DNA of 64,000 bases from Octopus sinensis (taxonomy: Eukaryota), in NCBI RefSeq assembly GCF_006345805.1, contig NC_042997.1, forward strand, positions 34,224,001-34,288,000, in the 5' to 3' direction. This document shows, in pieces, positions 24,761 through 38,172 of the stretch. Positions within the stretch are counted from its first letter, which is position 1, and every line of letters starts with the position of its first letter. The position numbers were made by a program, and so were the translations under genes. Under the pieces are notes generated by a model, which ran no database searches, was not told the DNA's origin, and saw nothing but the letters and a program-made list of their open reading frames with translations.

Positions 24761-25231
24761 TCATGTGTGATTTTATGCATCTCTTGAAATTAAACTAGAT
24801 TCCTAATAGAAATCTGAACTGATTGAGAAACGCTACTACCATGCGAAATGCTACAATCAACACGAAAATGATATAGGAATCTCATATTTTCATCTTTGGG
24901 ATGATACGAAAATGTTGTTTTGTTCCTCAGTGCTCTGAGGATCGACGAGGCAGCGGTTCTGGTAATTTATTAGTATTCTCTGATTTGTTTATACTTCCAG
25001 CCTTAGAAAATGGGAATGTGTTTAATACCAATATTAGCGTTGCTAGTCACCGTAAAATCCCTGTAACTGAAGGAGCAAGACGTTTTGAAAGGCGTTGACA
25101 TCCATTCTAATGAGGGATTGTATAATAACCAGAAATTGCAGGTATGGTGAGTGAAGTAAAAAGGATAAGTCAAGAATATAATCTGTAACATAAAGTTGAC
25201 GCATTCGAAAACCCATCAGCATCGTTACACG

Positions 25232-25266
<35 letters not shown>

Positions 25267-25334
25267 CCTTACACACACACACACTTTTCCCCGTTCACTT
25301 TCTCAATCTCACACACTCAAATATCAATGATATG

Positions 25335-25378
<44 letters not shown>

Positions 25379-25747
25379 GGCGCAGGAGCGGTGTGTGGTA
25401 AGTAGCTTGCTTACCAACCACATGGTTCCGGGTTCAGTCCCACTGCGTGGCATCTTGGGCAAGTGTCTTCTGCTATAGCCTCGGGCCGACCAATGCCTTG
25501 TGAGTGGATTTGGTAGACGGAAACTGAAAGAAGCCTGTCGTATATATATTATATAATATATATATATATATTTTTTTTTTTCTCTCCTTCTTTCTGTGTT
25601 TTCTCTCTCTGTGTATCTTTCTGTTGAAGAGCGTAGGCTCGAAACGTTAAAGACTTGTTTTATTTATATTTCCTAAGCGCCATACTATACAATGTTCGTT
25701 TGTTTTCCACCTGCCTTCGTCTTTTGTTATTTTCATAAAGCTTCCCG

Positions 25748-25784
<37 letters not shown>

Positions 25785-25995
25785 CGTGTATGTTTGTGTG
25801 TCTGTGTTTGTCCCCCTAGCATTGCTTGACAACCGATGCTGTGTGTTTTATGTCCCCGTCACTTAGCGGTTCGGCAAAAGAGACCGATAGAATAAGTACT
25901 GGGCTTACAAAGAATAAGTCCCGGGGTCGATTTGCTCAACTAAAGGTGGTGCTCCAGCATGGTCGCAGTCAAATGACTGAAACAAATAAAAGAGT
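25379..25995 (+). mobile_element. SINE family A with a pLTR-like insert in its internal (TA)n tract
   Basis: SINE 5' half 25379-25545, insert about 25570-25750, SINE 3' half 25790-25995. Confidence 0.85.
25616..25653 (+). ncRNA. Minimal hammerhead motif, A6U variant
   Basis: TCTTT-CTGTTGA-A-GAGC(GTAG)GCTC-GAAA-CG-TT-AAAGA; perfect 5-bp stem I. Confidence 0.5.
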
Positions 25996-27805
25996 AATGT
26001 ATTATGCAATACTTACGTTTCAAATAGTAAAATAGCATGCTTACAAACACACGTGTGCACACAAGCATATGCACACATACACACACACACACACACACAC
26101 ATACACACGCATACACACACGCACCGATAAAGACGCATATACACCTCATATACACTCATAATTCATCATAATGTTTACGAATATTTCCTTTTCGTCCTTT
26201 CTCTGTTTGCTAGACTTGGTCAAGTATAAACAATCCAAATATATTCTGTGAATAATCACATTGATATACACATATACATATGTATATCGATGTGATTATT
26301 CACAGGATATACACATATACATACATACATACATAGATATATACATAAACACATATGTGATTGAGTGTTTATGTAAATGCATTAGTAAAATACATGCATA
26401 AAACAGATGAACAATACTAACACAATTTATTCAATACACATGTATATCACAAACGGTCGTAGAAATATATTTATACATACATTTATCTGTCTGATTCTCT
26501 CTTTCCCTCGCTGTCTCTCTCACACACGCGCATGCGCATATATAGGAAAGAGACACAGGATGAGAGTGGAAAAATGTGTATGCATGTGAGAAACAGACTG
26601 AAAGAAAGAAATGTGTTTGTATGTGTTTTTATGTGTTTCTACCTACGCATGTATACGTACACAAATGCTAAAAAGATATGCACAAATTTAAATACATATA
26701 CACACATATATAAATATGTAAAAAAAGATGATTGGCAAGATGTTTTCAGGCAATATTATTCATACATCTTTTCAATAGAAGTTTCCTTTTAGCGAAGCAT
26801 ATTGCCATAAATCATGTATATATATCGTAACCTAGATATAAAAGAATAAAAAGGAAAACAAAACACAATGCTTGGGTATTCTTCGTTCATAAATGCAGTA
26901 CTAAATCAGCTTTTATTTTTTCCTTTTTCTTTTCAATTTTAGAAATCTGGCTATAGGGAGAGGAAGCAATAAATTCTTTTCCTTGACTCAGAGAAATTCT
27001 TAAGTATCAAGAAACAAAAACATACTAAAACTTAAGTTCATTTGTTTTGGCGAGAAGCTGTTAACAGCAAAGAAAATGGCTGCGAATATTATATTGGCAA
27101 TGCGACTTTTATTGAGACACCTTATGTATGTAAATTTGCAATCACTTCTATAAATGGTAATTCTATAACTCTGTCTTTCGCTGTACTAACATTTGCTTCT
27201 TTTTTATATCAGTAAAACTAATTCTTTACTCAAGCTATATCATGATATCTTTTACATATGCACACATACACATACACACACACACACACTGACACATGTC
27301 TATATACTCTCATGCAAGTAAATATATACATGCATACGTTTATATGTTAAATATGCGTGTGTTTGTGTGTGTTTGTGTGTATAGGTGTATTGCATTACCT
27401 GATTTTCGTGTTTTGCATGTGATTGGGTCCGTTTAAGGACATAATACTTTATCTTATCAGGTGATAAAACTGTTGCACTTTAAGGACCATTTATACCTAA
27501 GACTGTATTAGGACGAAGAATCTGCAACTACACACACACACACACACACCACACACACACACATGCAATATCTACGTATATACAAACATACAAATATATA
27601 TGTCTATATATATAATGCTTTCTTTTACTTGTTCCAGCCATTTGACTGCAGTCAAGCTGGGGCATCACCTTCAGTCGAACAAATCGATCCCAAGACTTAT
27701 TCTATCGGTCACTTTTGCCAAACCGCTAATTTGCTGGGACGTAAACACACTAATGTCGGTTGTCAAGCGATGGTGGGGGGAAACTCACACCCACACAAAT
27801 ACACA

Positions 27806-27862
<57 letters not shown>

Positions 27863-28256
27863 TTTTTTTCAATTTCCGTCTTCCAAATTCACCCAAACGC
27901 CATGGGACTGAACCCAGAAACATAAGGCTGGGAAGCAAGCTTCTTACCACAGTTTTAAGGGGGGAAATGCCAAGATAGAAATTCAGAGAAAGTTAGCATG
28001 AAATGCGTGGGAAGAGTGCACATACTAGGGCTGGTGGCAGGCAATGAGTGAATGAATGCTATGCAGATATACTGTGAGAACGCCTGATAGAAAGTGAGGA
28101 AGAAGTGGGAAGGGTGATTATACATATGTATACCAGTATATAAATATATACAGGTATACACATGCATTCACTCACACACATATATATTTATATATACATA
28201 AATGCACACATATATGTGTGTGTGTATGTATATATATATGTGCATATATTTACATG

Positions 28257-28332
<76 letters not shown>

Positions 28333-28449
28333 CTAAGGGGAGGTAAATTTACACGATATAAGACGAATACAGAAAGTAATTTTGTTTAAATTTTTTTGCT
28401 TTAACTTTGTATATCGTCACATTTATTTTGGGTTTACTATTGATTTGAA

Positions 28450-29620
28450 ATTTTGACATAAGGTTAGCAATTTTGGGGAAGAAGATAGGTTGGTTACCTC
28501 AACCCCAGCGTTCGGCTGGTACTTATTTCATCAATCCCCAAAGGATGAAAGGTGAGGTCGACCTCGGCGGAATATGAACTCAGAACGTAAAGACGGACGA
28601 AACGCCGCTAAGCATTTTTCCGGCGTGCATACATACACAAATACATACCAACTCGACGCCTTAAAGTTTTGAAATTTTAATATTGGTTTAAAATTTTGGC
28701 ACAAGGCCACCAAGTTCGGAAAGGGGATTAGTCGATTACCTCGGCTCAAATGGTACTCATTTTATCGACCGAGGGCTCAGCAAGTACTCAGTTTATCGAC
28801 ACCGAAAGTTTGAAAAGTAATGTTGATCCCGGTGGCGTTTGGACTCAGAACGTAAAGTCGGAAGAAATGTTGCTAAGCGTTATGTCCTTCGCGTTAACGA
28901 TTCTGCAAGTTCGCCACCTCAAATTTTAAAATTTTTATTTTAATTCAAATATTTTAGAGTGGTGAGTTGGCTGGATCGTTAGTACTCTGGGCAAAATGGT
29001 TCGTGGTATTTCGTCCGTCGCTACGTTCTGATTTCAAATTCCGCCGAGGTCGACTTTGCCTTTCATCCTTTCGGGGTCGATAAATTAAGTACCAGTTACG
29101 CACTGGGGTCGATGTAATCGACTTAATCCGTTTGTCTGTCCTTGTTCGTCCCCTCTATGTTTTGCCCCTTGTGGGTAATAAAGAAACAGGTATTTCGTCC
29201 GTCGTAACGTTCTACCTTCAAATTATACCGAAGTCGACTTTCATCCTTTGTTGAACGATAAAATATGGTCTGCTTAGAAGATCAGGCAGGGTGAAATATG
29301 GTTAGATCTGTTTAGACATGACTCTACTGTTTGTGTAAAGACACACCAGTTCTGTCTACAGCTTGTGTGTGTTGCTCATTGCTGGTCGTTCATTCTTTCG
29401 GAGTCGATAAAATGAGTGCAAGGGATGGTAAAATCTACTTTACTCCTCCCCTACCATTGCTGGCCTTGTGCCAAAATTTGAGACGAATATTAATATTCAT
29501 TTTTTTTTAACAGGACAAAATGCTTCGTGTCATTTCGGCTATGTTTACGCTCTGATTTCAAATTCCGCTGATGTCTAATTAGCCTTTCAGAATCCTTTCA
29601 AGATCGAGAAAATGTGCCAG
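28450..29620. mobile_element. Cluster of about five family C SINE copies/fragments in both orientations
   Basis: Consensus GTGAG.TGGC.GAATCGTTAG...TTCAAATTCCGCCGAGGTCGACTTTGCCTTTCATCCTTTCGGGGTCGATAAATTAAGTACCAG. The best copy is 28961-29187 (+); minus copies lie at about 28450-28630 and 28680-28925. Confidence 0.8.
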
Positions 29621-30037
29621 AATATAAAACCAAAATTTGTATTCGTTTCATTATTTTTTCTCTTGTTCTATAAGCGCCAAGATCTTTGATAAAGTTTAAA
29701 TTATAATTACTTCCGGATATTTTCTATGTTGGCAAAGTATGCTTACCCAGTTCCCCATCATTTGACTTATATTACTCTAAATTTGTATGCGTTATGTTTT
29801 GCATATTAGTTGATATGTATATGTATTTGAGTATGTGTGGGTATGTAAGCGTGAGTGTCTGTGTGAATACACTCCTCAGGCGCGTACTTATTTTTTTCTG
29901 AAATGCACACATATTCGCTTATATGTTTGCATTCACACGTCTATGCTTGCTATGTATGTTTATATATATGTCTAAATAAGTTTTACTATGTATATGCACA
30001 CACACACACAAACACACACACACATACACACACGCAC

Positions 30038-30069
<32 letters not shown>

Positions 30070-30612
30070 TATATATATATATATATATCTATATATATAT
30101 ATATATATCAATAATAATTATACAATATGAAGATGGAAATAACAGGATTTATAGCAATTTGCAACATTCGTTTCTACACCAGATACCAGCTTTATGTTGA
30201 CGATTTTAAAAGCATATAACATAAATATAAGATTATTCTTTAGAATATCTTTCTCTCTCTATATATATAATTTTAAATTAATAAGTTCTCTAACCGGCAA
30301 AGGCCGCTGTAGTAAAGTATTATCTGCAGCATCAGTTTTTCCGGTAATTTAGCGCGCCAAAACGAGGACATTTGAAATAGTAGCCACGAGTGTAATGGGT
30401 AGGACTGTTTTACAAGTCTGACTTGAGAGTAAAGGAGAGAGACAGAGAGAGTTAATGTGAGACGTTAAAGTCGATATAGGAACATTGAAATTGACAAGCA
30501 GTAGCAGGAATGGCAAAGATGATACAAGCTATGTAGTCGAATGATGCCAAGTACATGACACTCGCTTGTAGAGAGAGGTAAAAGAAACCGTTGATTCCTC
30601 TCTCGCTCCATA

Positions 30613-30980
30613 TACTCTTTTACTCTTTTACTCTTTTACTTGTTTCAGTCATTTGACTGCGGCCATGCTGGAGCACCGCCTTTTAGTACTTATTCTATCG
30701 GTCTCTTTTGCCGAACCGCTAAGTAACGGGGACATAAGCACACCAGCATCGGTTGTCAAGCAATGCTAGGGGGACAAACACAAACACACACATACATACA
30801 TATATATATATATATATACGACAGGCTTCTTTCAGTTTCCGTCTACCAAATCCACTCACAAGGCTTTGGTCGGCCCGGGGCTACAGTAGAAGACACTTGC
30901 CCAAGATGCCACGCAGTGGGACTGAACCCGGAACCATGTGGCAGGTAGACAAGCTACTTACCACACAGCCACTCCTGCGC
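30613..30980 (-). mobile_element. SINE family A
   Basis: Reverse-complement copy with a small internal deletion. Confidence 0.88.
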
Positions 30981-31019
30981 ATATATTTTTATTTATTTAT
31001 TTTTATTTCATTTTTATTT

Positions 31020-31320
31020 TATCTAGTTTCAGCTCGCGAGCTGTGGCCATGCTGGGGTACCGCCATTTGGTGTTGCTACATAATTTTATTTCTCGAATGC
31101 TTTTTAGGAATTGATATTTGGTGCATGAGAGAGTTTGATGCAGCTGCCCTCATCTGCACCTCCTGCCGCGAAGCTGGTTCATCTGGGACACTTTACAGGA
31201 AGAAGTCCAGCTTTATTTTGAAGGCACCTACATGCACCCCATGCAGGTCTCTCAGGTCCTTCGGGAGGATATTGAAGAGCTGTGGACCTCTGAAACCCAG
31301 GCTATTGCAGTATCTTGTCC
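31020..31320 (-). mobile_element. 3' end of a CR1/Jockey-group LINE
   Basis: Homologous to 20605-20900; the tail carries a CAGCT-CGCG-AGCTG hairpin. Confidence 0.75.
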
Positions 31321-31336
31321 TACATACATACATACA

Positions 31337-31368
<32 letters not shown>

Positions 31369-31382
31369 CATATACATATATA

Positions 31383-31450
<68 letters not shown>

Positions 31451-31469
31451 TATGTATCTCTAATGATGG

Positions 31470-31790
31470 CTTCAAAGTTGGGCACAAGCCAGCAATTTTT
31501 GAGGAGGGGGTAAATCGATTACGTCGACCTAGAAAGATGAAAAACGAAGCTGATCTCGGCGAAATTTGAACTCAGAATGCGAAGACGGACGAAATGTACA
31601 ATTTTTGGGGTGGAATTAAGTGGATTATAGCGACCCCAGTGCTCAAGTGGTGCTTATTTTATCTACTTCAAAAGGATATCTGGCAAAGTCGGCATCGGCG
31701 GAATTTGATCTCAGAACATGAAAACAGATGGAATGCTGCTAAGTATTTTCCCGGTGTGCTAACGATTCTGTCAGCTCGCTGCCTAAGCAT
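31470..31790 (-). mobile_element. Two degenerate family C SINE fragments in tandem
   Basis: CTCGGCGAAATTTGAACTCAGAA and GGCGGAATTTGATCTCAGAAC motifs. Confidence 0.6.
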
Positions 31791-32047
31791 AAATCTAATA
31801 ATAGCAGTCAAAAAATCTTTAAAAATAGGGATTTTCATAGAAAAAAAGCACCTTTTTGATGTAAATAATTTTTGGTCTTAACATGGTCCGATTTGAACTT
31901 CTACGGAAAGAAAAGCAAGCCTTCTTCTATCATACTCTCAATTTTGGTCAACTTGTGCCGCAGGGTCACGGAGGAGATAGTGTTAGTCGAAGGCTATCAA
32001 ACCTGCCACACACAGACAACTTCAGCTTTATTTGTAGAGAGATATAT

Positions 32048-32690
32048 AGAAATTGAAACTTTACACAAGCGACTTAGTGTTCCGACTTACGGCTTCTCAG
32101 TTAGTAGTGTGCTAACAATAGACATGCATTTATATATATAGAAATCGAAGTTTTACGCAAGCGACTTAGTGTTCCGACTTGCGACTTCTCAGGTAGTAGT
32201 GTGTTAACAATAGACATGCATTTATATATATATAGAAATTGCAACTTGACACAAGCGACTTAGTGTTCCGACTTACGGCTTCTCAGTTAGTAGCATGTTA
32301 ACAATAGACATGCATTTATATATATAGAAATTGAAACTTTACACAAGCGACTTAGTGTTCCGACTTACGGCTTCTCAGTTAGTAGTGTGCTAACAATAGA
32401 CATGCATTTATATATATAGAAATCGAAGTTTTACGCAAGCGACTTAGTGTTCCGACTTGCGACTTCTCAGGTAGTAGTGTGTTAACAATAGACATGCATT
32501 TATATATATATAGAAATTGCAACTTGACACAAGCGACTTAGTGTTCCGACTTACGGCTTCTCAGTTAGTAGCATGTTAACAATAGACATGCATTTATATA
32601 TATAGAAATTGAAACTTTACACAAGCGACTTGGTGTTCCGACTTGCGACTTCTCAGGTAGTAGTGTGTTAACAATAGACATGCATTTATA
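32048..32690. repeat. 92-94-bp minisatellite, 7 units, with a 278-bp three-unit higher-order repeat
   Basis: Unit starts at 32048, 32140, 32234, 32326, 32418, 32512 and 32604; variant order A-B-C-A-B-C-A/B. Confidence 0.95.
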
Positions 32691-33022
32691 TGCATATGAT
32701 AACGATACAATTGGAGTTCCCAAAATATTTGACATAAAAAAGAAACAAACACATAATTCGATTGGTTGATAGATTCCAATAGAATGAACGTTGCTTCGAA
32801 AAACGGTTTTGTATAGAATATTAAATGGATGAAGAAAGAGAAGAGAAGAAAAAAAAGTTAAAGTACGAAAGAAGATGGTGAGAGGCGGGAGGAGCGTCAG
32901 AGAATGAAAGATAGGAATAAGAAGACAATATATATAGAAAGTGAGTTTTAGAGTGATATATATATATATACATAGTTACACATACACACACATACACACA
33001 CACACACACAGACACACGCACT

Positions 33023-33056
<34 letters not shown>

Positions 33057-33799
33057 CACTCACACACACATATATATATATACACATAGATGCATACAAA
33101 TGTATATATCTATCACTATGAAAGTCATTCTAACCGTATTTTTTCATCCTATGGATACATATAAAAATGTATAGGCACATATATACTTACAAACATAGAG
33201 GGAGAACCAAAGACAGAGAGATAGAAGTTGACAGATAGATAGATAGATATAAATAGACAGAAAGATAGATAGATAGGTAGATAGATATAAAGAGAGAAAG
33301 AGAAAGGGAGAGTGTGTGTGTGTGCGTGTGCGTAAAAGGGAAATTAAAACCTCCATATTAATGATATATGAGATTATAAGATAAAAAATGCAGAAAATAA
33401 GGAAGGTAAAATATAAAGAAATATGTAAGAAGAGAAAGAGTTAGTCTTATAATATGTTATTTTAAAGAAAACCTATTTAGCGTTATTCATAAGTGAACGA
33501 AAGAAAAGGACTAAGGAAAAAAGTTCCTATTGAATCTATTCCCATTATAGAATAAAATCGCCCGTTTTTCAGAGATGCATACGTTACAAAGGTTAGTGAT
33601 TTGGTAACAAGCGTTCCACAATTTCTCCTTATTTGATGTCGATATTTGTAGGCCATTTTTTTTTTAAAGTCCCAAACATATTTCGACATATCTAAATCCT
33701 TCTTTCTCTTTCGCCATCTCTCCCCACCCCCACTTCATCAACCCACACGCTCGATCGCACATATATATTCACACACACACACATACGCATTATACTATA

Positions 33800-33837
<38 letters not shown>

Positions 33838-33957
33838 CATTTTATATATATATATACATTATATATATTATACATTATATATATTATATATATACATTAT
33901 ATATATATATATATATATATTATACATTATATATATATATATATATTATACATTATA

Positions 33958-33997
<40 letters not shown>

Positions 33998-34025
33998 ATA
34001 ATACACATGCACTACATACATACAT

Positions 34026-34078
<53 letters not shown>

Positions 34079-34702
34079 TTGTGATTGCCTCTAAAACGCT
34101 TTTCTCATTTTCCTTCTTTTCCCGCCCTCTGCCATTCTATACTTTGCTTTGTTTTACGCTTTTTCTACTTTCACTTTCTCTTCTATTATCCATGCTTTCA
34201 TTTTTCAATACATAACCGTTTTTCATAAAAGATAATTAGATTCCAAAGCATAATCGAATTACGTGTTTATTTTCAAATATTTTGCAATATTTCAGCGCTA
34301 CCTAAATTATATGTATATTAATGTATGTTCATTGTTAACCCACCACTAACCAAAGGAACAAAAAGTTAAACTTGATGTCCATTTAGCGAAATTTCAGTAG
34401 CTATTAAATATATTATTTGATTGTTTTTCTTTGTATTTTTCTAATGTTTGGATGCACTAGCAAACCTTTATTTCTTTCTTTGTTGTTGTTGTTGTTGCTG
34501 TTATTACGGTTTTGATGGTGAGGCGGCAGAATTGTTAGAGAGTCTAGAAAATTGATTTGCGGTTTTTGATGGAACTTTTAGATTTTGAATTCAAACACCG
34601 CCGATGTTGACTTCGTACTTTATTCCTCAAGGGTCGATAAAAGTAAGTGCTAGTTTTCTAATGTAATCGACTAGCTTATACCCTCAAAACCGCGGGTTTC
34701 GT

Positions 34703-34931
34703 GTCTTCTTCTTCTTCTTCTTCTTCTTTTTCTTCGTCGTCTTCTTCTTCTTCGTCGTCGTCGTCGTCGTCGTCTTCTTCTTCTTCTTCTTCTTCTTCGT
34801 AGTCGTCGTCGTTCGTCGTCTTCTTCTTTCTTCTTCTTCTTCTTCTTCTTCTTCTTCTTTTTCTTCGTCGTCGTCGTCGTCTTCTTCTTCTTCGTCGTCG
34901 TCGACGTCGTCGTCGTCGTCGTCGTCTTCTT

Positions 34932-34963
<32 letters not shown>

Positions 34964-35475
34964 GTCGTCGTCGTCGTCGTCGTCTTCGTCGTCGTCTTCT
35001 TCTTCTTCTTCTTCTTCTTCGTCGTCGTCGTCGTCTTCGTCGTCGTCTTCTTCTTCTTCTCTTTCTTAGTCGTCGTAGTCGTCGTCGTCGTCCGTATTCT
35101 TCTTCTATTCTTCTTCTTCGCGTCGTTCTCGCGCTTGTTTCTTCTTCTCTTATTTTTTCCTTCTTCTTCTTCCTTACGTCCGTTCTTTTCTTCTTCTTCG
35201 TCTTACGTGTCTTTTCTTCTTCTTCTCTCTTCTTCTTCTTCGTCGTCGTAGTCGTCCTTTCGTCTTCGTCCTCTTCTTCTTCTTTCTTCTTCTTCTTCTT
35301 CCCTTCTTCTTCTTCTTCGTCGTCGTCGTCGTTATTCGTCTTCTTATATCTTCTTCTTCTTCTTTCTTCTTCTTTTCTTTTCGTCCGTCGTCGTCGTCTC
35401 TTTCTCTTCTTATTCTTCTTCTTCTTCTTTCTTCTTCTTCTTCTCTTCTTCTCTTCTTCTTTTCTTCTCTCTCGT
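34703..35475. repeat. Long compound (TTC)n/(GTC)n trinucleotide array
   Basis: Direct reading; source of the spurious poly-R/K ORF. Confidence 0.97.
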
Positions 35476-36515
35476 TGCAGAGAAGACATGTTGACGTTTG
35501 CCTCCGTAAGTGCTCGTCAAAATTTCCCGCGTGTTGTCACTCTCTTTGGATCGGTTTGCTTGCTCTCTTTTCAACCGTTGTCTAGCACAGCTCATCTGCT
35601 TCGATTGAGTGAAACTGATGTTTTTATGTAACTATTCTCCAATAGAGGTGTCGGACGTTTTGAAATTTTTCAAAGCTTAGAAATCATAATTTTCACTAGA
35701 AAAAAAAAAAAAAAGATGGAGCGAAATATTTTGTTATGAAGTCCGATGATGCAAAATAAGAGGGTGAGAGAGTAAGGGAAAAGAAGCAGAGAAAGTGAGA
35801 GTAAGGGAAAAAGTAGCAGAGAAAGTGGGAGAATAGAGGAAAAAGTAGAAGAGAAAGTGAGAGAGGGATTCTCTTTTGTAACTACAAGCGTTCATCATGT
35901 TGTACTTGAAGCTGTTAGCGATGTCGTTGTCATGGTGACAAAACACAGCAAACACAATACCTCTCCCTACCACCACCACAACCACAAATGCTACCACCAA
36001 CCACCACCACCACCACCACCACCTCCACCAGCAACAATAATATCAACGCGGAGAAAAAGCAAAACCAAAAATAATAACAACGGCAACACAAGAGCGACGA
36101 TTTCCCATGTTTGGTAGTCTCTAGGAAAATAAATTACATTAACTATAACACCACCGCCTTTGCAACGATCACTCCAGCAAAAAGTAACCGTATTATCTCC
36201 TCCATCACCACCACCACCACCAAGGCGCCATTTACAAATTCATTCTGTCTTTTGGAAGCACCAACACAACCACCACAAATACTGGCATCACTACCAGCAA
36301 CAGCTTCAGTGCGAACACAAAAGAATATACTGACGCATTTCCTAGAATGCTAACCATAAAGAATACTAATCCTAACAACATTAATACATTTGATATCGCT
36401 TCTACCTTCAGTAACTCATTCTCTATGGCAGTCGCATACACCAGCAGCAGTAGCCATAGCAACGAAAGCACAATGAAGGTCAACCTCTTTGCGGGAGGCA
36501 CCAAATAGTTGACTA

Positions 36516-37110
36516 TACGAAGGGGTGCTGAAAAGTTCTTGGTTTTAAGGGTATCGCGAAGGGCCTAGTTGGAGGAGGCCCAATCTTCCAAGTTCTTTTA
36601 CAGAGCTTAGAAAACCTGAAGGACCGCTACAATAAATGTGTGATCTTAGAAGGGAATATCTTTATATATAAAAGTTAGGTTGTGTGTCTGTCTACTCCGA
36701 TTTAGATTCCTAACTACTCCCACATTTTGCGGTGCAGTTTAACCAAAACCGGGTATCTTATAGTCGTGATTCATATCGAGCCCTTCTGGGTATTAGCGCG
36801 CGTCTACGATGAGTCTACGATTTTAAAAATAATTTACCATCATTTTTTTCCATTTTAATGCATATTTTTTTTAATATAAGGGAAGTAACTCTCTAAAAAT
36901 GTCTACGATGAGTCAACGATTAAAAAAAATTTACCATCATATTTTTTCCATTTTTAATGCATTTTTTTGCTATTTTTTGGCTATAACTCTCTAAAAATGC
37001 TTTATAGTTATTTCCCTTACAAACCCGAGCAACGCCGGGCGATACTGCTAGTGTTGAATAAAATCGTAATTAACTGATCCTCCGGTCTTTTCTTTTACCC
37101 AAAGCCAGGA
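36516..37110 (+). mobile_element. Mariner deletion derivative interrupted by a Helitron
   Basis: Left TIR TACGAAGGGGTGCTGAAAAGTTCTTGG; C-terminal coding remnant KDRYNKCV..REYVE*; partial right TIR AAAGCCAGGAACT. Confidence 0.65.
36659..37051 (+). mobile_element. Non-autonomous Helitron (family H1)
   Basis: A|TC 5' end; 3' CCCGAGCAACGCCGGG hairpin plus CTAG|T; no TSD. Confidence 0.88.
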
Positions 37111-37947
37111 ACTGGTCTTTTCTTTTACCCAAAGTCAGTGAATATGGCAGTATCAAATTAGATTCATCTGTGAATCACTTACACAGAGGCGTTCTATTGT
37201 CCAGTAAAGGGTTGAGAATTTCATTATTTTTTCCAACAGGCGAGTGATGAAAATTTAAACTTTGGACGTATCACCAAAATGGATATCTTTTAAGTGATGG
37301 TATATTTTGTTCTAGTAAGAACTGATTCTCTTCAAGATATTAAGAAGCAGGCGGTGGGTGGGGTGAGAAAACTGGTCGAGAATTGGGTTGGAAGTTATCA
37401 TTCAGGTCAAAGAAAATCTGGAAAAAAATTCCGGATTATTTCCTGAACAAAACCTGAATATTAAAGTGAAAGAAAGAAAACGGAGGTGCTACTTATGCGG
37501 TGTCACCAAACTCTTGAAGTTCCTCTACCTACAAATGGGAGCAGAAATAATGCATATACTCTTGCTGTCTCTGTCTCCAAAACACAAAAACCGAATCAAC
37601 ATCTACTGAAGTAGAAGTAGCAGTAACAACAAAAAAGGGTTCAACAGCAACGAATTCAACAACAGTAGCAAAACGGGGGACTCAGAAATAGCAGACTACT
37701 CGCTTTCTGTACTCAAAAATACAGTAATCTGTTTATACATACAGTATTGGCTAAAAACATATTGATATATTCTGTTGTTAAGTACAGCATGAGAAACAGT
37801 GTGTCCCATACAAAAACTGCTTTCGTAGGAGTAAGAGAGGAAGTTCGTCTGTATTCTTATCCTACCACTACAAACTTTCTTCCCTGTTTAGATGTATTTC
37901 TTTTAAATAAAACTAAAGTCAAAAGCAGAAAGGGAGAATAATAATAA

Positions 37948-38172
37948 TTTCTTTACTACCCACAAGGGGCTAAACACAGAGGGAACAAACAAGGACAGAC
38001 AGACGGATTAAGTCGATTACATCGACCCCAGTGCGCAACTGGTACTTAATTTATCGACCCCGAAAGGATGAAAGGCAAAGTCGACCTTGGCGGAATTTGA
38101 ACTCAGAACGTAACGGCAGACGAAATACTGGTAAGCATTTCGCCCGGCGTGCTAACGTTTCTGCCAGCTCGA
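37948..38172 (-). mobile_element. SINE family C
   Basis: Near-complete reverse complement of 28961-29187. Confidence 0.85.

Noticed and set aside
32048-32690. 92-bp array as CRISPR repeat-spacer units
   Set aside because: The whole unit is repeated; there are no unique spacers.
34671-35489. 272-aa Arg/Lys-rich ORF resembling a protamine
   Set aside because: It coincides entirely with the (TTC)/(GTC) array and has no non-repetitive coding context.
37140-37560. Possible piggyBac C-terminal relic (KRRCYLC)
   Set aside because: A single short motif, with no TTAA ends or catalytic motifs recognised.
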